Assembly: GCA_030141605.1 (NCBI GenBank)
Contig: JAQGDQ010000927.1
Location: forward strand, 1-64,000
DNA length: 64,000 nt
Reading direction: 5' to 3'
From: Tubiluchus corallicola
Taxonomy: Eukaryota; Animalia; Priapulida
Shown here: positions 53,680 through 64,000 of the stretch, one piece after another
How the letters are laid out: each line of letters opens with the position of its first letter
Numbering within the stretch: the first letter of the stretch is position 1
The notes under the pieces: generated by a model
Database searches by the model: none
Seen by the model: only the letters and a program-made list of their open reading frames with translations
What the model was told of the DNA's origin: nothing
Made by a program: the position numbers and the translations under genes

Positions 53680-54329
53680 AGGGGTAGAACGATTTTTTCA
53701 TATCCTACCCCATTTTAAAGTACGGTAAAATGTATTCGTACTTAAATAATAGATTAAAAACTTATACTAATACAATTAATACTGGAAAAGCGTTTCTATA
53801 TTAACAATGTAGATCGCACAAAAGCAATCTATATTGTTAATATAGATTAACAATATTAATGTATTGTTAAATAATAGATTAAAAACTTAATTAATAGCGG
53901 GCGAGCCCAACTATTGATGACGTCACAAACTAACATAATTTTCTACGGCAAAAATTCCACGAGCGTATTGCACGTGTTTGCAAATGCGAAAATTGAAGTA
54001 CAGTTCTACTGTAAGATATTCAATGTGTTGTGTTAAAACTGGGCAACTTTTTAAGATTAAAATTTAAATTTTTTTTATCGCTGTGCTCACGCATGAGCTG
54101 TCGACGTGTGTAGTTCGTCACAATGAAATACCTCTGAACTGAGAAGTACGGCACCTGTTTCCGAAATGCAGACGCTAGTGGCCATCTAACTAACAAATGG
54201 CGACATTCACATAACAGTAACACGAAATTACTTTCACGTAAGTCATTTTTGACAAACTAGTATGTTCCCTTTTAATATTTTAAAGAGTAGATTGTTTTGA
54301 CCTACGATTGAATCCAGTTTTGCTTTAAG
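53680..54329 (+). mobile_element. Kolobok-like family A copy
   Basis: Homology to 5107-5772, ending ttttgct|TTAA. Confidence 0.8.
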
Positions 54330-54964
54330 ATAAGTTTATTAGTGACAACACGTGGACATGTAATTTAGACATTACAATTCGTTGGCATGGAAACAATTAT
54401 CAACATCCAAACTTCATTTAGCATCATCATACACGGGGCAGAGTTATGATATCTTTTAGGGGAATGTGTTATTGAAATTATGGGCCCCCCTCATCAGACA
54501 GAGCCACCCTCTAACTTGCCCGCCCCCGTCTTGAATATTTTTATCCGTGATGTTTCTTAGCGACATTCACACGGTTTGAAGTAAACTTATTGCAAATGCT
54601 TGAAATAAACTAGAGTAGCTGTCTTTTGTTTGTCAATAAAAATAATCTTTCCGAAATACCAATATTTAACTATTTATTGCAAACCAAATCAGCACGTATT
54701 TGATATTTCAACACAATCGTAATACTATCAAATGTTAATAAAGTTTGAAAGTCTCCCAAACTCAAGACCCTCTAAGCTGCAGCTTATACTAGCTCATACT
54801 AGAATGATCTGGCCTTGATCACTCATTTTACATAAAAAATACATTCAGGGATGAGATATTAGTGCGAGTGCATCAGTACATGAATTGTAAGTTAGCTTAT
54901 TAAGTACCTCTTACCTGGCTGTTCTATCATTTCATTACGGGTCAATGGAAAATTAACATTCCTG

Positions 54965-55580
54965 TAAAGCAAAATCAGACCCAATCTTAAACTGTAGGTC
55001 AAAATAATCTACTCCTTAAAATACTGAAAGGAAACGTACTGTTTCTTCCAGTATGATTTACGTGAAAGAATTATTACCACACAAACACAATTTCACGTTC
55101 GCGCCACTAGTTCTTCACTGTTACATACATTTCGCCATTCTCTGGTTAGACACGCACTAGCGACTGCATTTCGGAAACGCATTGCACAAAAACAGGTGCT
55201 GTATCTTTCAGTTCAGAGGTGTTCGTTTGTGACGAACTACACACGCTCGACACCTTATGCGTGACGACAGCGTTAAATTTGACATTCGAATTTTTATCTC
55301 AAAACTTGCCTAGTTTTAGTACAACACACTGAATATCTTACAGTAGCACTGTACTTCAATTTTCTCTTTCACAAACACGTGCAATACACTTGTGGAATAG
55401 TTTTGATATTGAAAATTATGCTAGTTTGTGATGTCATCAATTGTTGGGCTCACCAGCCCTTAATTAAGTTTTTAATGTATTAATTAATTATCAGAAACGC
55501 TTTTGCAGTATTAATTGTGCTAAAATGTATCGTACTTGAAAATGGGGTAATGTATGAAAAATCACTCTGTCTTCCTTTAA
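54965..55580 (-). mobile_element. Kolobok-like family A copy (inverted)
   Basis: Reverse complement of 62403-63029, ending ctgtcttcct|TTAA. Confidence 0.85.
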
Positions 55581-56196
55581 GTATGTATCACCTAGCTGTA
55601 CTATAATTTCATTAATGAAAAGAAACTAACATTCTTTTGAGGCCTGTTTTTCTTTTAAAGTTCACAAGTTTGCTTTATTAAAGCATTTTTAGTACAAACA
55701 GTGATATACTTTGATAAACAACAGAAATTTGTGGTTATTAGTGTTTTGTAAGAATTTGAATTTAGCCTCATCATTAACTGATATAAAGGCAGAATTGAAG
55801 ATCTGAATTTTATCAAGGCGGATCTGTTTCGTAACATCGTAACATGAACGATGGTTGAACGTCACTGAGCAATTTTGAATGCTGCGCGTTTAGTTGCGTG
55901 CATGTGATGTTGTGTGCGTGCGTGCGTGCGCGCGTGCGCGTTGCGTGACGTTAAACTATCTGTGCGTGATAGATTTCAAACAGGAACTTTGGGGGCGCTC
56001 GAGTCGCGGAAACAACTTTCAGATCCGCCCCATTTCGGCTTTTGTCAAGAAATTGCACGTCTTTCTTATTAGGAATTTGTATAATTTACCATGTTGAGTC
56101 AGTCTTGATTGATTTGCCAACACTTGCAAGAGAGAGATGACTGATGCTGCACCATTTTGTGTTTTTCTGCTTTCATCAGAGTTACAAGATTTGATA

Positions 56197-56920
56197 AAGC
56201 CGTAATAGTGGCACTGACCTTGGACATGACGTCAGCAAAGCCGTGATAGTGGCACTGACCTTGGACACATGACGTCAGCAAACGTGATAGTGGCACTGAC
56301 CTTGGACACATGACGTGATAGTGGCACTGACCTTGGACACATTGCGTGATAGTGGCACTGACCTTGGACACATGACGTGATAGTGGCACTGACCTTGGAC
56401 ACATGGCGTGATAGTGGCACTGACCTTGGACACATTGCGTGATAGTGGCACTGACCTTGGACACATAACGTCAGCAAAACCGTGATAGTGGCACTGACCT
56501 TGGACACATGACGTCAGCAAAGCCGTGATAGTGGCACTGACCTTGGACACATGGCGTGATAGTGGCACTGACCTTGGACACATTGCGTGATAGTGGCACT
56601 GACCTCGGACACATAACGTCAGGAAAACCGTGATAGTGGCACTGACCTTGGACACATGACGTCAGCAAAGCCGTGATAGTGGCACTGACCGTGGACACAT
56701 GACGTCAGCAAAGTCGTGATAGTAACACTGACCTTGGACACATGACGTCAGCAAAGACGTCATAGTGGCACTGACTTTGGACCATTACGTCAGCAAAACC
56801 GTGATAGTGGCACTGACCTTGGACACATGACGTCAGCAAAGCCGTGATAGTGACACTGACCTTGGACACATGACGTCAGCAAAGACGTGATAGTGGCACT
56901 GACCTTGGACACATGACGTC
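56197..56920. repeat. Mixed 31/43-bp minisatellite, 19 units
   Basis: Core cgtgatagtggcactgaccttggacacat with or without gacgtcagcaaagc. Confidence 0.96.
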
Positions 56921-57171
56921 TTCCTTTACTAAAATCTAAGGACGCGGATGCGATACGTTTTGCACACTGTTCAAATAATGGCTAAATATATTACACGTGG
57001 AGAGATTCTGCGAAGAGAGCCTCTCTTCTCTGTGCACGTAAGACTCCGGCTGGCGAGAGTTGTGATGAAAATAAAAATAACAGACAGATGGTATCAGTAG
57101 CGTTCAAGCTGTAGAAGTGTGATTAGTCAGATCAGTAGATTCAATAGTCTGCGTTAGTTTAATCTGAGAAA

Positions 57172-57713
57172 CATAGGCGTACGAGGCCGTTGGGGGACGG
57201 GGCGTTGCCCGGGGGAGAGAGCTGTGATGAAAAGAAGAGGCAGATGGTATCAGTAGCGTTCAAGCTGTAGAAGTGTGATTAGTCAGATCAGTAGATTCAA
57301 TGGTTTGCGTTAGTTTAATCTTAGAAACATAGGCGTACGAGACCGTCGGAGGGGGGGGGGAGGCTGTTTGCCTTCCCAGGGGTAAATGAATTGTACATTT
57401 TCAGGGCAAAATCAGATTATTTTCAGCACAAATAGTTCTGTTTTAAAATTTCAAAATTTAAGATTTTATTATTCAAGAATTGCTGACGTACCGCATGAAG
57501 CCCACAACTTTTCACTGACTGAAATTAAAGTGTTTCTTTAACGACGAATTGCTTTTAATTTTTAGTAATTGGAAAATTATATTAGTACTTGCTATCAATA
57601 ATTTTAGTTCATCAGGTCTTTTTTACATTTGTTAAGTAAATGTATCTGTTCCTCTGTTTCTCCTATGAAATTTTCAGGAATTTTTCAAGCTATTTTCAGA
57701 AATAAAATATCTA

Positions 57714-57752
<39 letters not shown>

Positions 57753-57753
57753 G

Positions 57754-57843
<90 letters not shown>

Positions 57844-58252
57844 CATCCATCCATCCATCCATCCATCCATCCATCCATCCATCCATCCATCCATCCATTC
57901 ATCCATTCATCCATCCATCCATCCTTCTACCTATCTATAGAGATGTTTGCAAAAGAGAAACATAAATCGGCACGGATATTTCTCTTGAATTTGTGAAACG
58001 TTAGAAAAAGTATCGTGAAAGTATTTGCATGTTTGTTCAATGAAAATGCAAATCTTTGGCTTCTTAGGCGCGTGATTTTCTTCAGTAAATGTTTTTACAA
58101 TTCGGGATTCTTGCGTTTATTCACTGTTACTATTGTAATTAGGATGGGGTGTCAGGAGATGACTGCCCCTCCCCGCAAACTAGGGCAATTTGGAAAATGA
58201 TCAGGGTAATTTCCTTATGTGCTCCTGTGAAACGTCCTCCCGTACGCCTATG
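57172..58252. mobile_element. hAT-like MITE with duplicated left junction and internal (TCTG/TCTA/TCCA)n
   Basis: TIR cataggcgtacg / cgtacgcctatg. TSD ctgagaaa/ctgagaag. A second left end sits at 57328. Confidence 0.75.
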
Positions 58253-58267
58253 CTGAGAAGTCTCGTA

Positions 58268-58473
58268 GTGTGTATATGTGTGTGCGTGCGTGCGCGCGCG
58301 CGTGTGTGTATGCATGTGCGTGTTTTTGGGTGTGGGAGTGCGTGTGTGCGTGCATGCGTGTGCGTCTGTGTGTGTGCGTGCGTGCTTGTGTACGTGCGTG
58401 TGCGTGTGTCTCTGTGTGTGCATGTGTGCGTGCGTGTGTGTGTGTCTCTGTGTGTGTGTGCATGTGTGCGTGC
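58268..58473. repeat. Degenerate (GT/GC)n tract
   Basis: Direct reading. Confidence 0.9.
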
Positions 58474-58819
58474 AGAATGGGAATTAATATCAAATGGCAG
58501 AAATCTTTTCTCTTAATTTTGCTTTACACGTTTTCATCCTTCGTAAATATGATTATATTATTTAGTAATTATTTGCGGCTTTGATTTTCAGAGAAGAGAA
58601 GTCATTATTAGCTGTGATTCAAATGTTGGAAACTAAATTGCGTCATGAGAATTAAGAAGACATGGAGCGATTTAAAACTTATTAACACATTTTCTTTTGA
58701 TGACTTAATTCTCTTCTATTTTTCATTCTGTTCGTTTTTAATTAATAATTTCAATTTTATTTATCCGGAGTATTAACATGCCTATGAAAACTACGTATGT
58801 AGGATCGAGTAAATATCAA

Positions 58820-59160
58820 AATGATGATGATGGCAGTGATAATGATGATGATGATGGTTGTGGTAGTGGTGACGATGATGATGATGGTGATGGTGGTGGT
58901 GGTGACGATGATGTTGATGATGATGATGATTGTGGTGGTGGTGATGATGATGTTGATGATGATGATGATGATGATTGTGGTGGTGATGATGATGATGATC
59001 ATGAGATGATGATGATGATCTTGATGGTGATGATGATTATGATGATGATGATAATGATGGTGATGATGATGGTGATGATGATAATGATGATGATGATGAT
59101 GATTGTGGTGGTGATGATGATGAAGACGATCTTGATGATGGTGAATAACGATAATGATAT
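58820..59160. repeat. (GAT/GGT)n microsatellite
   Basis: Direct reading. Confidence 0.95.
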
Positions 59161-59559
59161 CGGTAAACTGCTATACAAACAAGTAGAACTGTTAAGTTAT
59201 ACACACTATGTTACTGGTTAAAAATGTAAGCGTCTTAAAAGTGCTGCTAATCAGCACCTACTAGAACGCTGAAAAATTTCCCTGCTATGTATTTTTTGCC
59301 ATGAAGCTGACAGTTTTGCGTCACTAGCACTAAATTTAAGGTAGATGAACTGTACTTGCTGAAAGCTTACTCATCCGTTACTCGGCAACCATCGTGTTGC
59401 CTGCAAACATCAAAGGCGGTTGGGTGACAGATGCTGCGGTTTTGCTAGACGATTTTATGTGTTTCGGCCATGTCTGATGCACAATTTTAGCACGTTTAGC
59501 TAGGTTTCACACGGTTGAGCAGTGCATTTTCAACATTTCCAGACAGAGACGGAAAGTGA

Positions 59560-59645
59560 GTGTCTTATTTCATGAAACTTTCATAGAGTTTTGGCGTTCC
59601 ACAAGGATCGATCCTCAGTCCGCTCATGTTCATTATTTATGTTCA
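59560..59645 (+). mobile_element. Tiny non-LTR reverse transcriptase relic
   Basis: 59593-59643 translates GVPQGSILSPLMFIIYV, the GVPQGS.LGP.LF motif of CR1/L2/Jockey-type RTs. Confidence 0.75.
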
Positions 59646-59877
59646 AAACGCGCTTTTAAGACCCGATGAGCAATATACAATGTAAAAATCATATCATTAG
59701 AAATGAGGCCCGATAAATGACAATTTATTTTAAATACTAATCATTAAACCTTTCATTTAAATAACTAAAATAACTAACAGAAACATTTAATAATATTTGT
59801 TTTATCAGTAACTGTTTTGTTTGTCTGTAGTGTCATTATATTTCAAAATTTAAATTGTATGTATGTTTTATTTTTTC

Positions 59878-60044
59878 TTGTATTGCATGTATTTACACTA
59901 ATAAATAAATATGAAATTTCAAATTTATTTATATATATATATATAAATAAATTTGAAATTTCATATTTATTTATATATATATATATATAAATAAATTTGA
60001 AATTTCATATTTATTTATTAGTGTCAAAAATACATGCAATACAA
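59878..60044. repeat. AT-rich long palindrome centred on (AT)n
   Basis: ttgtattgcatgtattt..acactaataaataaatatgaaatttcaaatttattt (AT)n followed by its reverse complement. Confidence 0.9.
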
Positions 60045-61194
60045 ATTATGCAAATTGTATTGTAAATTATTGCGCAATCCATTTATGCAAATTGTACAAC
60101 CAGAGCCACACAATTATTTACACTATTCAGTCTACTAAATTTACCTAATCATTTGTTTAATATTTCAGTAACTTGTAAGGGATACAGAGAGGAAACTTTG
60201 ACCAATCACAGACTTTGTTACATATGTTACAGTATTAAATTTACTGTCCACTATATAATAACAAAATCTTAAAGGTCTGCTGGCGCTGGTCATTGGATGC
60301 AGTGTTAATTTCTTTCTGTTGTTTAACTTTTATTGACCATAGCTCAGCATTTTACTAAAGCACAGGTTCAACTAAAGTTCAAAAAGCCGGAGTTTGTCGC
60401 CATGTATTGAATGTTACTATTGTACATGAAAGCGATGAAAATAAAACTTCAAATTTCAAAGCAAACGGCTTCACAGATAAAACGTCATGCTTTGGTAAAT
60501 TTAGTTTTACTTACTGCAATTTGAAAGCTGACTAAGTCTTTGCTTCTGGATATTACTCAAGAAGTAAACAGTCATTATGTAAAGAATGTTGTTTACAAAC
60601 AATGTCCTCTAGCTAGGCTGTTTACAAACAAAGTCAACGTGTCTGCAAACAAACTTGTAAAAAGATATACTAGTTTTGTTTTTATGCTCTACGTCAGTTG
60701 TACTGGAAATCTGGCATTGGCGCGCTTTGCGGCCTTCGCTTGTTGTTGCCTTTGGCCACCTTGTGGTGATTTTTTGGCCTGGACACGTGATCAGTTGGAT
60801 CGGTGTCAGAGGCGTGTGAAGTGAGGACGTGTCATGGTGGATTGATTAAATGTTGTCGTTATCTGTTGCAATTGCTTATGATTTGGGGCTAAAAACATGG
60901 AATGATACGTTTTGGTAAATAAAGAAGGAAGAAAGAGCAAAATGTAATCTAGCTTCAAATTTGGTTTTGAAAGCCCAAACATCGGTAATGATATTTCTTT
61001 TGACTGAATTTGATCTGTTATCAAATGGTTGAACTCCGAAAAGGTGAATAAGAGTTTTCAAGTGTTGTACCCTAACAGCACGGTCAGTTTTTTGAACGTG
61101 CTTTGAACGAAATTTGTTTTAAATTAATAATCGCAGCGTGACACGATTACGTGCTTATAATAAAGAGTTAGTCAAGGAATGTATTGGAAAGAAC

Positions 61195-61546
61195 AAGTCA
61201 TTTAGCTTGGGTTTGCATCTTGCACAAAAACAATCACTCAATCCACTGATGTTAGTTTGTGACGTACTGCACACGTTCAACAGCTCATGCGCGAGTACAA
61301 CGGTAAATTTGAATTTTTATCTTAAAATTTGCCTAGTTTTAGTGAAACACACTGAATCTGTTGTGTGCAACTCGCTCATGGAATGCTTTGCTGCTGAAAT
61401 TTATGTTCGTTTGTGATGTCGTCAATAGTTGGGCTCTCCCGCCGTTAATTAAGTTTCCATTATTTAATTATCAGAAACGCTTTTGCAGGATTATTGTTGT
61501 TAAAATGTATATTGTTTACCGTACCGTACTCCTGTCTTCCTTTAAA
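61195..61546 (-). mobile_element. Kolobok-like family A copy, internally deleted
   Basis: Inverted homology, ending ctgtcttcct|TTAA. Confidence 0.75.
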
Positions 61547-62402
61547 GTCTAAGGCCATAGTCCTCCTCTGCGACCACTCCACAAATAAAACGTTATGATC
61601 CAAAATGACCAACTCTTTGAGATCAGCCCTAAGCAATCATCGATCATCCTGGCAATTAAATACCGTGAGCCTAGCTATTGATTGCAGACAGAATAATAGT
61701 ATTATAAGTACATCGCGTGCGTAAGCTTATGTAGAGATGGCATATAATTGAACAGATCGTAAATATTTTAATTATTTAAAGACCACGCAAGCTGCAGTGT
61801 TTTCGTAAACATTGTATTAAAGTTCCCTACGCATGTTCTTGAAAACTATTAGGGAACGGATAGATAATATTAACTATCCCCCTCCAGTAATTATACTTTT
61901 GATTAAGTTTGAAGGTCAAATACTGCGTACTTATGAAGTGTTAGTTTCACACAGAAACAGAAAGAAACTGCACTAAGTAAGATTTTTTGATTCTTTTTAA
62001 CTTTTTTTTGGGAGGTTTATATAAGAGGAAATCCGGTGTGAAGGTGTCATTTCCGAAGAAACTCTGAAATTTGATTTAACGCGTTTTACTCGTTAGATGA
62101 CGTCAGCGAAATCTTAGTTACAGCAGCGTTTGAGTTTAGTTACACGTGTCACGTTTTGCTGTGTAGCATTGTTTACAAAATCAGCGTCACAGAAGCAACG
62201 CAGTATCCACGGCAACTGTTGCTAAGACAATTGTTTACGCTTCGATTTTCCAAAGTTTCACCAGCAAAACCGAACAACATGCTTTGGAGAAAAAAATCAA
62301 GGCCCCATTTCATTAGGGAGAAAGCCACGGAATTTTAAAAAATTAGTGTCAAATTCTAAGTTATAGTTAGCTCTTTTAATTAAACAACGTTAAAATTGAC
62401 CA

Positions 62403-63029
62403 TTAAAGGAAGACAGAGTGATTTTTCATATACTAGCCTATTTTTAAGTACGGTAAAAAGTATACATTTTAACATAGTTAATACTTCAAAAGCGGTTCTG
62501 ATAATTAAATAATGCATTAAAAGCTTAATTAACGACGGGCGAGCCAAACTAGTGATGACGTCACAAACTAACATGATTTTGAACAGCAAAAATATTCCAC
62601 GAGCGTGTTGCGCGTGATTGCAAAAGCGAAAATTGAAGTATAGTGCTACTGTAAGATGTTTAGTGTGTTGTACTAAAACCAGACAAGTTTTAAGATAAAA
62701 ACTTAAATTTCAAATTTACCGGTGTGCTCAAGCATGATCTGTTGAACGTGTGTAGTTCGTCACAAACTAACATATCTGAACTGAGAGGCACAGCACCTGT
62801 TTTTGTTCAACGCGCTTCCGAAATCCAGCTGCTAGTGCCCGTCTAACCAGGAAATGGCGAAATGCATATAACAGGGAAGAACTAGTGGCGCGAACGTGAA
62901 ATTGTGTTTGTTTGGTAATAATTCTTTCACGTAAGTCGCTTTTGAAAAAAATAGCATGTTTCCTTTCAATATTTTAAAGAGTAGATTGTTTTGACCTATA
63001 ATTTAAGATTTGGTAAGGTTTTGCTTTAA
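62403..63029 (+). mobile_element. Kolobok-like family A copy, apparently full length
   Basis: TTAA|AGGAAGACAG ... ttttGCT|TTAA. Confidence 0.85.
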
Positions 63030-63448
63030 TACTACATTACTATCAGACTGCGTTTCATTATATTACGAGCAGAGAATTCTCAAATTTGCAAGGAAGCCAT
63101 TAGAATGTAATGATCGTGTCATTAATTACAGTGTACAGAGGAATGCAACGCATATAATTAAAATGTGCACGAAACTGGTGACAAAGAACTATTATGGAAT
63201 AGCTATTGATTTTATGTGTCAGAAAATTGTATTTTGAACCAAATCTTTCTCAATTCATTAGTCTTACGTTCGTGTGCACGCATGCGTGTACGTGCTGTGC
63301 ATGTGTGCACACACCTGTTGTATTAGTATGTAGTTGTAAATACATTTGATTGTGTGTGTCCGCTGTATTCTGGTGCAATCGTATTGCTATCGGAACGTAA
63401 CAACGAAATAAATAATGTGATTCTAGAATCTAATTCCAGCTGAAGCAG

Positions 63449-63990
63449 TTAAAGGGAAACCGGGCGATTGATTAGGCTCAATCTCCTTTTTAATTTACTG
63501 TCCAAAATATACATTTTCTTGCCTCTAGAAGTTAGAATTTTTTCGTATATTTGAATAATTACCTTGGTCAGTTTATTAACGGCAGCCGAACATAGCTGTC
63601 GCTTACGTCACAAACTAACAACAGTTTGTGCAATGGTAAGCAGCTTCCCTGTGCGTCAAGCACGGTTTCGTAAGCAAGGATTGCTATAAGATATTCATGC
63701 GATGTCACGAAAATGAATTCTACGTCACACTGACGTCACACACTGCAGTTTTTGATCAGATCATGCCTATCACGGTACAGCGCCTATTTGTCGGCCACGT
63801 CAATGTGACGAAAAGGCGCCATTCCCAGTCTTAGTGGATTCGCTGAGCCGCTCGTAGCTTTGAAAGTTTGCCAGAATTTAACTATCTGAGGCAATTATTA
63901 TTTAATTTGAGATTTGATTTTAAAAAAGCTGTTGTAGTTTTCAATATTTTGAACTAATGTTTACACCATCGTCCAGCTTTTCTTCAATTA
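63449..63990 (+). mobile_element. Kolobok-like family C copy
   Basis: TTAA|AGGGAAACCGGGCGATT ... atcgtccagcttttc, collinear with 14719-15288. Confidence 0.8.
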
Positions 63991-64000
63991 ATTATTTCTC

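Noticed and set aside
56197-56920. CRISPR-like array (constant ~29-bp core with variable linkers)
   Set aside because: Linkers are 2-14 nt and recur, there are no unique spacers or cas genes, and the context is eukaryotic.

Overview
AT-rich, repeat-dense, intron-rich eukaryotic DNA (most likely an invertebrate animal; inference). I reconstructed two head-to-head genes by hand. (1) Minus strand: a class-3 aldehyde dehydrogenase (ALDH3 family). Ten consecutive GT-AG coding exons run from the ATG at 17481 down to 1130, all in matching phase (1136 nt, about 378 codons), with the PWNYP, KPSE, FYTG, LELGGK, GQTC and EEIFGP motifs. The 3' exons are not visible and probably lie left of the window. 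(2) Plus strand: coding exon 1 (23327-23609) of a TASK-type two-pore K+ channel (KCNK3/9/15 group). I found no exon 2, so the remaining ~40 kb is probably one large intron. The non-coding DNA holds more than ten minisatellites (28-95 bp units), microsatellites, TTAA-flanked Kolobok-like MITE families, hAT-like MITEs with 8-bp TSDs, pogo/Tigger-like MITEs, tRNA- and 5S-related SINE relics, and LINE fragments. I see no prokaryotic genes, no CRISPR array and no novel protein-coding system. The observations most worth following up are non-coding: a minisatellite built of NR5A/ERR and CRE motifs, arrays full of decoy 5' splice sites next to real donors, inverted TE copies bracketing the ALDH3 coding exons, satellites derived from transposon ends, a chimeric MITE, and a TIR-bounded telomere-like repeat element. 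All functional interpretations are inference.
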